The position numbers and the translations under genes are program-made. A stretch of 64,000 bases of DNA from Gnetum montanum (Eukaryota > Plantae > Gnetophyta). Location: contig MNCI01000651.1 in assembly GCA_015680685.1 (NCBI GenBank), positions 1,116,001 through 1,180,000 on the forward strand, in the 5' to 3' direction. The notes under the pieces were generated by a model. The model did not search any database. It was not told where the DNA came from and worked only from the letters and a program-made list of their open reading frames with translations. Numbering within the stretch: position 1 is the first letter of the stretch; each line of letters starts with the position of its first letter. Below, piece by piece: positions 35,230 to 48,620 of the stretch.

Positions 35230-38200
35230 TTTAAGTGTCAAGGGTTTCCTCTTGAAATTCCACCTCTAAACCTTGGTCAGTGTTGACATAATTAACCAAA
35301 GGTAGCAACACATTGTCTGCATGGATCATAATTTCCCCTCCCTCATAGGGCAAGTGAATCTCTTGATGTATAGGGGATGAGACTACACGGAAATTTTCTA
35401 ACCATGATCTTCCTAAGATCAAGTTGAAATCACGTGTCTTTTCAACCACTAGGAAGTTAGCCGATGTAGGATATTGCTCATTGGTTATAAAATCCAAGGA
35501 AATAGATCCTCGTATTGCTGCTCGTAAGCTATTAAATGACTTGAGTGATGAAGTAGTGGTCTCTTGGATGTTATTGCTTAGTCCTAGTTTGTTAACAATG
35601 GAATATTATACCACATTTATGGCTGCCCCATCATCAACATGAACATAGTGAACTTTGTATCTTCCCATAAGTATAGTAATAAGGAAAGGATTAGATAGTA
35701 CTTCTCCATTCTGGGAGTCAATTTTCACTTCACTTTCATGAAAGTTGAGCATGGGTTAATGCTTGTTTTCTCTAAGTAAAGTTTGCTCAATGATAGAGTG
35801 AATCAACTCTCTATTCATGGGCATGTCTCTATTCATAGGGATAGCAGTTAAGACTTGAGCTAGTATGTCCCTATGAGTAGGAGATATCATGACCAAGTCA
35901 TACAAGTTCATGGATGTGTTATTTTGCTTTAGTGATCATTTAGCTTATTCCATTATTGCAAGGAAACTTTTTCCCTTGGATTATGATGTTTTGGCTTTAG
36001 TGTTCTTAACCTCCTTCTCCCTTGGGTTTGTAGCTTGGGTTGTGATGTATGTGCCTTGGGCCCCTTGTCCCTAGGTGTAGTTGATCTTGGAGTAGTTGGT
36101 TTTGAAGCCTTTTGTTGTTGGACATCTTTAGTGGGCTTAGTTTTTGGTTTGGTGATAGGTTATTTTTTTTGTTGTTGGGGTGATAATTTCTTGCTAACCT
36201 CTAAGTTGTGGGCCATTATAGGTGGGCTTTGGTCATGAGTTGTCATGGTTCTACTTATTGAAGGTGGAGAAACTCAGATAACAAATGGTTCTTTGGGCTT
36301 TGGAGGATTACCAACTTGTTGATTACATTGTGATGTTGAAGCCATTAAAGGGGGGACACATATGATGAAAGGTTCCTTAGGGGTCATAGGAGGTGGTACC
36401 CATATAATCAAAGGTTCCCTAAGATTTTTGCTTAAGGATCATGTTGGTTCTTTAATGAAAAATGTTTTTCTAGGAGGACTAGACGATTTGGTTTTTGTGA
36501 ATGAAGCCATAGTATAGGAGTTATTGTTGGCTCTTGGAGAGCTGAGCTCATTCACTACTAACTCTTTGTAGTTTATGATCTTCTAGAGGAAATCCTTTAA
36601 TGCTAGGCAAAAAATGATGTCATGATTAGCCATTTGATGATAATGTTAATACCTATCCAGCCTGAAGTACCTCGGCAACTTAGGATCATCTTTGGTAGCT
36701 ATCATTGGGTCTTTCGCTATGTCACAAAGATGATCATACCTCTTATGAGCCTCTTTAGATAGTTTTTTATGTTGTATATGATTTTCTTTAAGCAATTGTT
36801 CTAGAAGCTCATAGGGCTTCGTAGGAAACCTAGTATACTGAGACCTATCCTTATGCCTAAAGTTTGGTCTTGGTTGATTTAGGGTGTAGGAAGTGGATGG
36901 TTGCAATGATTCAGGGGATGTATTCTGTGGCAGTGATCCATTCTCTCTCCTTGTTTTGTCTCTTTTGTTATTATAGCCATAGTTGTATGTTCTTGTTTGG
37001 TTTTATCCCTATCTAGGTCGTTGCTTACCTCAACTGACTTCTCAATGTTCTTGATTTGTGAGAAGGCTTAGCTTAGTGACCAGGGCTCTAGGTAGTATAG
37101 CTTCCTTGTAAATGGCCAAGAGGTGAGTTTTAGCAATAGGATCTAGAACTTCAGTAAGTGTTGAGTTCCACCTATGAATGAACCTTTTGATGGGTTTAAG
37201 TGGTCTCTACCTCACCTTCATCAATTGGTCCAATGTGGCATCCAGCTTCAAGTTGTATCTGAAGTGATTGATAAATGGATTAATTAGGTCCTCAAGAGAA
37301 GAGATAGAACCTTTAGGAAATATTTAGTATCAATCTAGAGCCTTAACTTTAAGAAACATGAGAAAAATCCTCAATATTATATGAGGCTAAGCTTGTAAGA
37401 AGAGGCACTTAGACTAGAAGGTTATTAGATGTGCATTGGGATCCCCTTCACCATTGTATTTGGTGAAGTTTGGAATTGGTAGGGATACGGTAAGGTTATT
37501 TGAGGCACTGTAGGACTTATAGGACCATCTCTGTAGAAATATAGAACATTGACCATCTGAGTTATGTTGGCTTTAAGTTTTTGTATCTCTTCATTAATGT
37601 CTTGGATCATTTGAAAAGCTTGATCTAGGTCTTGGGGAATTTCCATGAGCTATGATTCTTGTGTTGATGGTTGAGGAAGAGGTTGTAAGACTTTTGGTTA
37701 AGAAGCTTGTGGCCTTGTGATAGGCTACAGTATTGAAGGGAGAGACTGGGTCATGGTGGTCATAGGTGGGCTAAACAAGGAAAAGGATGTTTGTGCTGGA
37801 ACCTAACGTATAAAGGGGACTAATGGGGTATGAGAGGCTTGTGTTGCTTGGGATCCCAATGAGGGTCTCGCTAGCATGACAAAGGGAGATAATTATGTAG
37901 ACATCATCATGGATGGGTGAATGAAGTTAGGTTGTGTGGCAAAGGGTACCAATGAGAAGAAAAAAGTGGATTGGGACATAGGTTGTGTTTGGTGTGTGGC
38001 GATGATGGGTGTGGATCCAAACATGGTAGAATGAATAGGGGGAGAGTTCAGTCTTGGAAAGTGTCCCAATGATGAGGTAAGAGATGTGAAGTTGGATGTG
38101 GTTGTTTGAGAAGCTAGAGTATGGAAAAGAGTTCCAATGAAGGTGTCTGACTCATGTTCTACCTTAAACTCCTCTTCCTCCTCTTGTTGATTCTCTAGAT

Positions 38201-38570
38201 TGATTCCCTTACTAAACTCATCAACATCTATGAGCTGTATGAGCATTTGTGCTTAAAAGTCAGTGAGAGGGATTTGGTCATAGGGGGATTGGATGTATTC
38301 TTTCCCATATTGACATATAATTTTGAATTGATGCTTAGTGTTAGATTAGGAGCATGGTATCAATAGACTAGCTTGTATCTTAGCATAGAGGAAGTTGTAT
38401 AACTCCCCATTAATAACCATGAAATCTAGGATTTTACCTCTTTGCTTAGGCTATTTCCTTCATTCTATGATTGCAGGATCTTTCAAGTCATAAACACAAA
38501 CTACATCTTGGTTGGATACCATGTTTGTGAGGTTAAGGGGCAATATGCTTGACTCGTTGAAAGACATTGT
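35230..38570 (-). pseudogene. Gag and aspartic protease of the nested Tat/Ogre-like element
   Basis: GDPNAHLITF...FLKVKALD*Y...PKGSISSLEDLINPFINHFRYN (gag); VHVDDGAAINV and DFNLILGRSWLENFRVVSSPIHQ (Ogre-type protease). Confidence 0.8.
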
Positions 38571-38931
38571 AAATGTGCTAAAAATGGCTAAAAAAGTTTA
38601 TAAAATGTTAAATAAAGTATAAATTTCAACAAGTGGAATTTAAAAAGGCCAAAAGGCAAAAATGGCTGGAAATGAATTACTTACTATAAATAGTAAGTGG
38701 CTACTAAAGGGGGTATACATCCTTACTAAAAATGGAAGGAGGGGGCATTATATTAAACCCACTCTTGTCTTCCTAGTTGCATAAAAATGATAAAAATAGC
38801 CAAGATAGTCACTCACTATAAATGGTAAAGGGGGTTGTCAAAGGGGTATACCCCTTTACTAAATATGGTAAGTGATGGTATCAACCCCATCCACACAAGG
38901 CTTCCTAGCTACACCTACATTGGATTTAGTA

Positions 38932-39177
38932 GGAGGAAGGGCGGATGAATTTTCTTGTGCAAGAATAAAGTGGAAACTTTAATGTTTCCAAAAAAAATAA
39001 AAAATAAAAATTGGCAACGTTGACCTTGCTGGAAAAAATTCATAGCAAGGGAGTTGGGGAGGAAGGGCGGATGAATTTTCTTGTGCAAGAATAAAGTGGA
39101 AACTTTAATGTTTCCAAAAAAAAAAAAAATTGGCAACGTTGACCTTGCTGGAAAAAATTCATAGCAAGGGAGTTGGG
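38932..39177. repeat. Near-identical ~126-bp tandem duplication
   Basis: ggaggaagggcggatgaattttcttgtgcaag...gagttggg occurs twice and differs mainly in A-tract length. Confidence 0.9.
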
Positions 39178-39555
39178 TGGTCCAGGAGTAACACCCTTCC
39201 TATTTGAGGGGGATAACACCTTTCCTAGTTGATGGGGGTATAACAATTCCTAGCTAGCTTTAAAAATTCCAAGCAACGGCTATGAAATTTTTACCAAAAA
39301 CCAAACACCCACGTTTGCTTTGTTGTGAAATTTTCACAGTAGGGGATATGAGGTTTTGGTAGGACACCAACATTGGCTCTAAAATTTCTAGCAATCACTG
39401 TGAAATTTTCTAAAATCCAAATTACATGCAACTTGAATGTTGGGTTTTAGTGGTAAGAGGGGATGATTTGTAGTGTTGGTTTTGTGGCAGAAAAATTGGA
39501 AAAAATGTTTGGACATGGAACTTAGATGGAGGCCCTCCTTCTAGCATTAGAAAAT

Positions 39556-40949
39556 TGTAATGACTAAAAAATTTGGTTGCTAGAAAACCAAAGATCTCAA
39601 TGCAATAGCTTTAACCTTGAATCTATAGGGCCTCTAAAAAATGGGATTCAAGGTATCTTGAATGATTCAGCAGATCACCCAGGGACTTATAGAATGCAAA
39701 ATGAGGGTAGAAAAAATAAAAATTCAATGTAGATATGAAAAAATAAATGCATTGAAATGGAACAAATAAATCCATCTTGCACAAAAATAGAATTGTAAAC
39801 TTTATTTTAAAAGAAATAAAGAATGGTTTAAGAAATGTGTACAAAAATGTGCCTAAGGTAACATGGGGGTTCACTTCGATGGGGCCTTGGAATCCATTGC
39901 TCCACGATTTGAATGCTCCACAACTCCTAATGCTTTCAAACCTTTGTTGCTCCTTGCACTAGATCTATAGGGGAGGTGTTATAGGGGGTGTAACAATGGG
40001 GAGTAACAAGTACTTGAAAGGGGGGTTCCACGCTAGACAGATTTAAGGAGCTACGTTTTTGCAAGTGTGCAAGATCTCTTAGATGCTATAAATGCCAAAG
40101 TATGCAAATGCTAAGGTGGTGGAACTTGAAAATGATGTTTGGGGTAGGTTTATATAGGGTTTTGGCCTTAGTTTTTGCTACAAATTAGCTATAATTTGGT
40201 TGTAAATTGACTGCAAATTTTTCTTACATCTCAAGTGGGGTAGGTGCTAAAATTTTGGAGGTTACCATATATAGTAAGTGTCATACCCCCATGGCCATTC
40301 CATTTAATAAAACTAGTAACTAAGGGATGTCTTCCATGCTGGGACTTCAAGCTTCTACGTTGGCATTACAAGATCTTTTTGGAGTTGATGCAACATTGAA
40401 ATCTTGGCCATACTGGTTCTACACTAGATGGGTGGGGGGGAGTATGTAGTGCAGGAGTGTCCACATTGAGGGAGATGAAAGATCAACATTAGGAATGAAG
40501 ATCAAATTCCTTCATGTTGAGTCATCCTTCTTCTACACTGGGGATGGATGAGATCCATTCCCATGCACTTCTCCACATTGGCTTTGTTCTTCCATGCTAG
40601 GTGTAGGTGGCCCATACCCTTCTATGCTAAGTTAGCCCCTTGTTGTGGTTTTCTAGTGTAGAAAAGTGTATACCCCTTATAATACCCATCAAAATACCAT
40701 TTTTTGCATTCCAAAAGATATTTTTAAACCCCCTCCCCCTCCCAAGCCTAAATATAGATACTAGGTGACTCTTTTCACTTGGGGAATAAGGCTTTAGCCA
40801 CTTATAAGGTATTTTTCAGCTCCAAAAGTATGAAATATGTGATATTGCCTCTTATGGGTTACAATCTTCACATTTACAATAAAGTTTAGCCTCAGGATTC
40901 ATGGGATGGGGTTACAAGGGTTACAACATGCAAATTTGATGGTGTTTCA
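39556..40949 (-). repeat. 5' LTR of the nested element
   Basis: Aligns with 27531-28901 and is adjacent to the PBS. Confidence 0.9.
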
Positions 40950-40954
40950 TTGGT

Positions 40955-41430
40955 CCCTGTATTATATAGTGAATGGTAATTTTACGAGAATTAAACTTTA
41001 TCATGGTAGATAAGAAAGGAACCAAAAACATAGTTTCTAATCATTTTTTGAGTTAAGATGTGATAGAAACAAGGATGAAGAATTATTATTTGATCAATTT
41101 ACAAACAAATTCCTCTTTGCTAAGTCTATTGAAGTTCAAGAACCAAAGGTTATTAATTGGTATCATGAGTTCATCTCCTATCTTCTCACATAGGAGACTC
41201 CTGTAGAATGGAATAATAAGAAGAAATAACAATTTCTTCATCAAGTTAAACATATTATGGAGATCATAGGTAATCTTTATAAGGTTTGTGCTAATGACCT
41301 AATTCGATCGGGTGTGCTTGATGCAGATTAGCTGCAAATCCTCTAGGATGCTCATGAAGGTCCTTGTATGGCCCACTATGTAAGAAGAAGGAGAAATATG
41401 TGAATGGCCATCCTCTAGGATATGGTCCTT
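40955..41430 (+). pseudogene. Resumption of copy B pol: end of RNase H, integrase N-terminus and C-terminal VNGH; integrase core deleted
   Basis: MVILRELNFIMVDKKGTKNIVSNH, WYHEFISYL, LYKVCANDLIR...DAHEGPCMAHY, then directly KYVNGHPL. Confidence 0.75.
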
Positions 41431-42652
41431 GATGAGGAGAATATGGATTTTTCTAATATCTTTGATCATCGAAGAGGAGAAATATGTCAATGTGAAGTCA
41501 CTATAAATGGAATGGATTTGGTCTAGACTTAGAACAGACTAGTATTAGATCATTTTAGTTCCATTTTTTACCAAGGATCTCATGTGATCGGGATGTAGAT
41601 TATTCAATCGTTGTTCTCTCTTTCTACAATTTTCTCACTTTATTTTCCATCACCTCACTATCTCATACCATAGTGAATTGATATGTTTGTTTTCTAGATA
41701 GCACAATCCTATAATAATTCTTTACATAGGTATGGAATTTTACTTAAAACATTCATTCATCATCCTTGGTGCCCATAGACTCATTGTGATGAAGGTATGA
41801 AAGAGCATAATATGCATATGCTTGCTTTGGGGAGGATCCACTTGCATTCCTTTGATCTACCTTATGTTAAAATTCATAACCATGGGTTGCTTGTATGATC
41901 AATCATCATGATAGCATTATAGCATTTAGTTTTGCTTCATTTAACATCAAAACATTCTCAAAGAACTTATAAATTCTACTATAATTACTTTCAAATGGTT
42001 AAACCTATTCTCTTTCATATTGTTGCTATCATTCTACATCTTTTTAGCTTCCATTTGGCTCTTGTTTCATCCCCAAACTTGTCTAAAATTCTTCCATTTG
42101 CAAGTGAAAAATATAGTTAAGAATAGATGTGTTAATGCATTCCCATTTATGTCACCCCATTGATGCATCCCCAACAACACAAGATCAAAAATCTATAAAT
42201 ATGCATGACACTCAGCTCATTTTCACCATTTTTCTAAAGTGCTAAAGGATTTTTGGAAATTTTTTAGAGCCAAAGAATATTTTGAGCATAATAATGTTTA
42301 AATTGCTTACCTAATTTCTTCATTTTTTTCGATTCTCAAGCTATCAAAGCTATAATTTACATCATGAAGGCCTCAAGCCTTAGGGTTTTCATGGAAACTT
42401 TTTCAAAATTTGTCTAACTCCTCATGGATAACCTGTTAAAATAATAACCATAAAGGATTAAGATCAACAAACAAACTCCATTAGCTAGGAATAAAATAAT
42501 ATCACAAGCCTATGATTATAAAACAAGAACTAAATGATAAACTCATAATTCCTAAGGAATTAACACAACTTGATCTAACAAAGGAAGTTATTTAAAAGAA
42601 ATAAAGGTTATGAACTAAAGAGCTAATAATGGATTAAGTTTTGTTATCATAG

Positions 42653-45370
42653 ATGATGCTCAAAAGAGGATCACAAGCAAGAGGACCATCGCAGACTAGG
42701 GAGCAGCAACCCCTAGAAGGAAGGGATCAACAACAACCATAGTAGCAATAATTCCAAGAGTAGGTAGTTGAGGCTATGCATGTTACTAGGGCTTTTCTTG
42801 GAGTAGCTAAGGTGGAATCTATTAGGCAGATTCCTATTGTAGAAATGAACTAATCTAGATAACATGAGGATCCAAGACCAAGATCTAACTTAGAGGTCAT
42901 ACTTAAGGAAGTCTACCTAAAGAGGATTCAAACCAAGGAGCTCCAAAGTTCTATCGTGAAGAAGTTGAACTTTGGATCCTTCTTTGAATTGGCACTAAAG
43001 GAGGTTAGGACACAGTTGTAGGGGTCTACTCTGTGGTTGATTCTCTCCAATAGTGGGGAATGATACATGGGAGAATCTTACCTATTTTGGGATAATCAAT
43101 AAGGAGATGCATTAGTCAAGATCAAGGACATTAGCATCTTCTACTTGGTTAAAGCCATCACAAAAGCCCTTGGATTGCCCAATACTAAGACAAAGCTTAC
43201 AAAGATCTCCATGCAAGTGAACCCTAAAGTAAAGAAAGAATGGCTCTAGTCATGCTATGGCATGGACCATAAGGAGTAAGATGCTCTAAAGAAGGTGGAG
43301 AGAGCTTACATTAATATCATAACCTATCACTTGACCCTAACAATGAGGCCAAGCAAGGTGATAGCCTTCTTCACCAAGGCATCTGCAGTTCTAAGTGAAA
43401 AATTTCCTATCAACCTATTCCAACTCATCTTTCTTGAAATCATGAAGTGTTTCAAAGAAAAAGAGAAGAGTAGGAGGATACTACTTTTTTCATGCTTAAT
43501 TAAAAAATTATGCAAAAGGGAAGGAATACCTCACTATTTCGACAATGTTATTCGCCATGCTCCTACCTCATCATGATAGGAGATGATGAAGGATAAGTTT
43601 GCTACAAAGCTTTAAGAAGAGGAGTAGCCACTGTCACCATCATCTATAGTTCTAGAAATAATATTAAAGATGCTTGTAGCTATTGAGTACCTTAGAAAAC
43701 ATTAGGAGTAATAGCTACAACAAAAACAAGGATATGCAGGTGGTGGGAAATCATCTATATACCATCTAGCTATGAACCACTTAAATAAGGTCGCAAGGAT
43801 CATTAGCTGGTTGGGTAGTGAGAAAACACTACTTTTCTGTACACAACAAAACCAAGTAATCATCAAACCTAATTCAAGTTCTAGAGAGGTGATTATGTCC
43901 ATTCTCAAATAAGTCTTTTGAAAAATATTAGAAAATGCAACAATCTTCTTTATCATGTTAGAGAAAGGAGAAGGAAAAATGATCTTGGTAATGCTATACA
44001 AGAACCAAGAGATAGTAGTCGAGGTGGTGGCTAGTAGAGTTACAAAAGTCCTCAATGCTCTTGCTACATCAGTATTAGATATTGTTGCCATAGTAGGACA
44101 TCCATGCATTATCAAGAGTAGGGAGTGACTAGATAGTGTTGCCCAACATGAAGGAGTATTGGAATGACTAATGGGAGTTAGGAAAAAGCTTTTAGAGATC
44201 TTCAATCTCCCAGATGATATCATAACTAACCAATCACATGTATTAGAGATAAGGAGCAAGTTGCTAATAGTCAATGTGGAATTTGAGAAGGCCACATGAC
44301 TAATCAATGATTAGTTATTGAAGTTGTAGAATTGTGAGCCTATCTCTTTGATCTTGTCATTTTCTAACCTGAGCTAACATGAGATGAATCTTTCTAATAG
44401 CTTTAGAAAAAGTATTAGGAAGTTGAGAATGTGAAGGATGGTAATCTTCAATGCATCTATGTCAGAAACCATGAGAAATAACATTGACAAGAACCTATTG
44501 CAAGTTTGTAAAGAAAACTTGGATTTGAGAAGGTTGATAGTTAAAAATAAAAATCTCTTACTAGAGGAGGTCTGTGCCCTTTTCCATAGGACTACAATTG
44601 AGATAGCTTCCTTGAAAATGAGGCCCTAAAATTTAAGAAAGTAAAGAATCACTGCAGGAATTATGTCAAAGTACTCAAGGAGATTAAATTGGGTAAGGCA
44701 AAGGTGAACGAGGCTATTCAAAAACTCCAGTAAAGAGGAAATGCATGGAATCCCATATTTGATGGACTAAACATATATAATTAAGTAGAAAGTCACCTAA
44801 AGGATTTGTAGATCAAAGAGATGACTAAGTATATGGAGGTTTCCAACCTCCACTATGCAAACTTGGCAATGCTAACATCAAGGAGGCTAAGAAGTGAATT
44901 GGAGAAGTAGGTCACCAACTCCTACCTCCTCTATGAGATGAATTTTAAGATCCATAAGGATGTAAAATGAAATTTGGAGATAGCTAACATGGATCTTGAT
45001 GTTCTTAAAAGTAGATTAATAGAATTGTTGTTGACAACCTAGCAAGAAGGATGAATGACTAGTAGGAGCTACAAAACCTTGTCATAATTTTTGATGTTGA
45101 ATGTAAAACATTTGTAGCCTAGTTCATGAATGTGAAGGAGATATTTGCTTCATTTTCATGCCCATGGGATGTCCCTATAATGACTAATTTAGCAAAAGAA
45201 ACCTAGACCATATATGATCTACGAAGCAAGGAGGAAAAAATGAAGGTACTCCTAGATGCCTTCAAATTTTTAGTAGTAGTAGCAATAGTAGCGGTGTAGC
45301 CTTAATCTCCAACAATACTGAGGTGCAATGAAGAATCATTAGAGCCATAGGAGCCTTCACATCTAGGCAC
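42653..45370 (+). pseudogene. Extra ('env-like') ORF of copy B, decayed
   Basis: Start region homologous to 1502 and 48621; FPINLFQLIFLEIMKCFKEKEKSRRILLFSCLIKKLC; SNLHYAKLAMLT; SCPWDVP. Confidence 0.7.
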
Positions 45371-45479
45371 TGTGTGAAGATTTCATCATGTCTTTGTCCA
45401 TTCACTAGGCTCTTACTCATTTTTATCTAAGTGTGTAAATTATCTTCTATTCGGGTTACAAATCCATACTTGTGTTAAT

Positions 45480-45815
45480 CTATGTGCACAAAAAGTAGGA
45501 ACAAATACTCTACATTAGGATAGTTAGTTAATTAAGTAGTTAATTTAAGTACTAAATCTTTATTTACTTAATCATTTAGCAAGTAGGAGAAAATAATAAA
45601 AAGCATAACAATAAATATCTTATGCCTCAACCACACTTAACCATACACATAGATTAACACAAGTGTGTATTGAAAAGATAATTACTAATGACTAAATAAT
45701 TCACTATCTAGGAATATTAATTACTTAGGTAAATAAGTCCATAGAATTTGACAGGATTACGTGTATGCATGAGGAGTTCGTATGGTTGGGCATAGGCAAT
45801 ACCCATTTCTCATCA
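45480..45815 (+). repeat. 3' LTR remnant of copy B (5' part and PPT deleted)
   Basis: Aligns with ~22095-22419 and ends ...TCTCATCA. Confidence 0.85.
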
Positions 45816-46299
45816 ATGTGTAATATTTTTGGGATGCCTTTTTAAGTTTTCATCTATATATTGAATCCTAAAAATCCACTCCTCTATTCTACAAAAGAGA
45901 TTAGGCCATACCTTTATAAAAAAGAACAATCAAAAGATTTTTCCTTCTTACTAATTGGTTTCATTTAAATAAAAAATAAAATTATCTCTAAAAAATAAAT
46001 GTAATAATTAAAAATAAGAAATAAATTGTAATAAAAGTTGATAAAGTTTTTGACTTGAGCCTCCAAAATAAAAATAACTAGAGTGATTTCGGGAAAGTTA
46101 AAATAAAATTGCAACACATAGGTTAGAATAATGATCCTATTCATAGTAGGTCTTGTGTTTGATATCGTTTAGTTATGAAAACTGAAAAAAACCTCTAGTT
46201 GAGAACTTTATAATGAAATGCCCCATCATAGTTAAGGAAAGTAGTGCATTAGTGATGATTTTACTCTTCATGGAATCCTTCTTATGATATAAAATATTA

Positions 46300-46560
46300 G
46301 CTAAATTTATGTTCTCAAACAAAGAAATAATTCTTCATAAAAAATTAGTTGTTGCAAGATCTAAATTTTTTTAAAGAGATCCTACCAATAATATTGAGAA
46401 TAAGTAAAAAAAAATCGAGAGTACTTCATATGCTTAACATAGAGTCTAAAACTTTAAAAATAAATATAGGAAGAGAAAATTTTTCAAGTTTAGGAATGTT
46501 TACTCATGTATACAACATTAAAATTGATTTTTTTAAAAAAAATTAAGAGATAAAAATTAA
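46300..46560 (+). mobile_element. Possible hAT transposase C-terminal relic
   Basis: KTLKINIGRENFSSLGMFTHVYNIKIDF weakly resembles the hAT dimerisation-domain end (KTYLRSTMGQERLS.LA..H....ID). Very AT-rich, so weak support. Confidence 0.2.
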
Positions 46561-48620
46561 TTGTTAGTAGGAAGAATGATCCATGTACTAACAAAATTTA
46601 TAATACTTTCAACATCCATATTTGAACTTAAAATAATAGAAAAATTTGAGGTAATCATCCATATGGCTCCTCAGTTTTTCTAATCTTTTATTTTTCCACC
46701 ATTTTTTGTTTTACACCATTGTTCATACATTTGAATCTTTCTTAAATATTTTACACTTTCTTATATATTTTACTTTGTTTTGTTTGAGTGTAATTTTCAA
46801 ATTTTTGCTAATAAATGTGCTTTGTGCCAATAGGACACAATAGTGTTGTAGCTACTACTAATGGTGGTTTGTGCTTAATATTTTATTTGCTAATGTCTAG
46901 TTTCTATTTTTGAATTTTTGTACCAATGGCCAAGTCATGGTTTCTTTCTCATGGAATAGATAGCGAGTGCATGACATCCACCCATTTACAAACTCTATGG
47001 TCTTCCTCATTTTGGAAGTTTCAGGTTCCTTTCATTAAATAAAGTTTTAATAAATTGGTGACCTTGGTAGTTTTCAGAATTTGGAAGGATTCAAAGGTTT
47101 GTATACAGTGTGACTTTAAGGAAACTCAATACTCTTTGTATTCTTCTACTTACTTGGGTGCTTGCATGTTTTCCTAGACTTCTTACCATTTAATGTCAAC
47201 TGTCAAATAAGGTCTTTGCATGATGTCGTTGCTATTCAAAGAAAAAAACATGATGGAAATTCAAAGCACACCCCTTGGACAAATAAACAAGCTACAAGCA
47301 CTGGTTATGGAACTAGAAAGACATGTTATCCATGCCTAAAGGTCTCTTCTAACTAAGGCCCTCTCTCACTTCCTACTTTTCTTTTTCTCTCTTATAGAAT
47401 GGTGGTTGTTCTGTGGGAATACTCTTGTATCTTGAGGGGGTGGATTGATCTTGAAGTGATGATGCGAAGTCATTGAAAGAGGTTGTTTTTGGTCTAGACT
47501 AAGGATGGATCTTATCAAGTCATTTTAAATGCAAAATTCCACAAAGGAATTTTTATGAACTTGATTCAGAATTCCATTCCACCTTCTCCATCATTTCTTT
47601 CTACTAATTGTAACTCATCTTATTGTTGAAGTCAATGTTCTTGATTTCATGTCTTGATCTGACATATTTGGATTCTCAGGTAGAATCTTCCAGTTTTGGT
47701 CCTTAACTTTCATTGACCATTAATCACCTATGGGGTCCATGGACTCCTTGGGTTTTGGTTATATAAAGGCAAACAAGGCATGAGCTTGCTATGGGGAGGA
47801 CCCACATGTATATCCCTTGGTTAGGTTTGTTAAGAACCTTATCCTTAGGCATTCTTGCATTCAGGATCTTTCGTACATTCATCTTCTACATCAAATGATG
47901 TGCTCCTTTATGTATTTTGTTCAATAAATGCATTCTCCATCAGTTTTATTTTTTAATTTTTGAGCTTTTGAAGACCCTGTTCAATGATTTTATCATATTC
48001 TTGGCTTTTCTGGAACTCCATGGACCCCAAGTTCATTGAAAATTCCTTATATTTTTGAAGATTTTCAAATTTCAAAATTTTCCCTACAGGCTCCATATAC
48101 AAGGCCCTACCAATAGAGCAAACCCATATATGAGGCCTCGTATATGGGGCCTTGTCAACATGGTGGACAAATAGTATATATATATGTGACCACACTTTGA
48201 AATTTATACATTTTCTCACAAACACCAAGGGAGCTTTTCAAATTTTTAGAGCCCATAACCTTCCAAAGCCCATAACTTGCTAATGTTTTATTCAAATCAC
48301 TCTGTTCTTCAACCTTATAGGTACTGGAGGTAAGCTCTTCAATATGGGGTCCACAAATGTACCATTTTTGACAAAATTTTTTTTGCCATTTTTCTAACTC
48401 CCACAAAAGTTTAACTAAGAAATCAAATATTAAACACCAAATTACAAAAGTTAAACCTTTCCAAAAAGCTCTGGTGATATTTACAATAAATAATTAATAA
48501 AATAATCAATATACCATGGTTGGACCTTAGCCAAAGTGTAACTAACTAACAAGAGAAGGTATTCAAAACTTTAAAGTTACACATTATATTTACTAATCCA
48601 TGGACATGTTGTGACCATAG

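Larger units (their letters stand above)
27531..40949 (-). mobile_element. Tat/Ogre-like Ty3/gypsy element, non-autonomous (Gag-protease only), nested in copy B
   Basis: LTR pair at 27531-28901 and 39556-40949 (TGTA...TTTCA). TSD TTGGT at 27526-27530 (also 27274-27278) and 40950-40954. Minus-strand PBS TAATGCTAGAAGGAGGG (39549-39533) and PPT AAAGAGGGGCTAA (28914-28902). Confidence 0.9.
21575..45815 (+). mobile_element. Athila-like Ty3/gypsy element (copy B), decayed, with nested insertion at 27279-40949
   Basis: 5' LTR, tRNA-Asp-like PBS, gag-PR-RT-RH, integrase remnant, extra ORF and 3' LTR remnant occur in order. Flanks ATGCT and ATGTG give at best a partial TSD. Confidence 0.85.

Noticed and set aside
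43702-44307. 201-aa minus-strand ORF
   Set aside because: It is the antisense shadow of the decayed extra ORF of copy B and has no recognisable motif.
21570-45820. TSD for Athila copy B (ATGCT / ATGTG)
   Set aside because: Only 3 of 5 positions match, so it is not accepted as proof; the LTR pairing rests on similarity and domain order.
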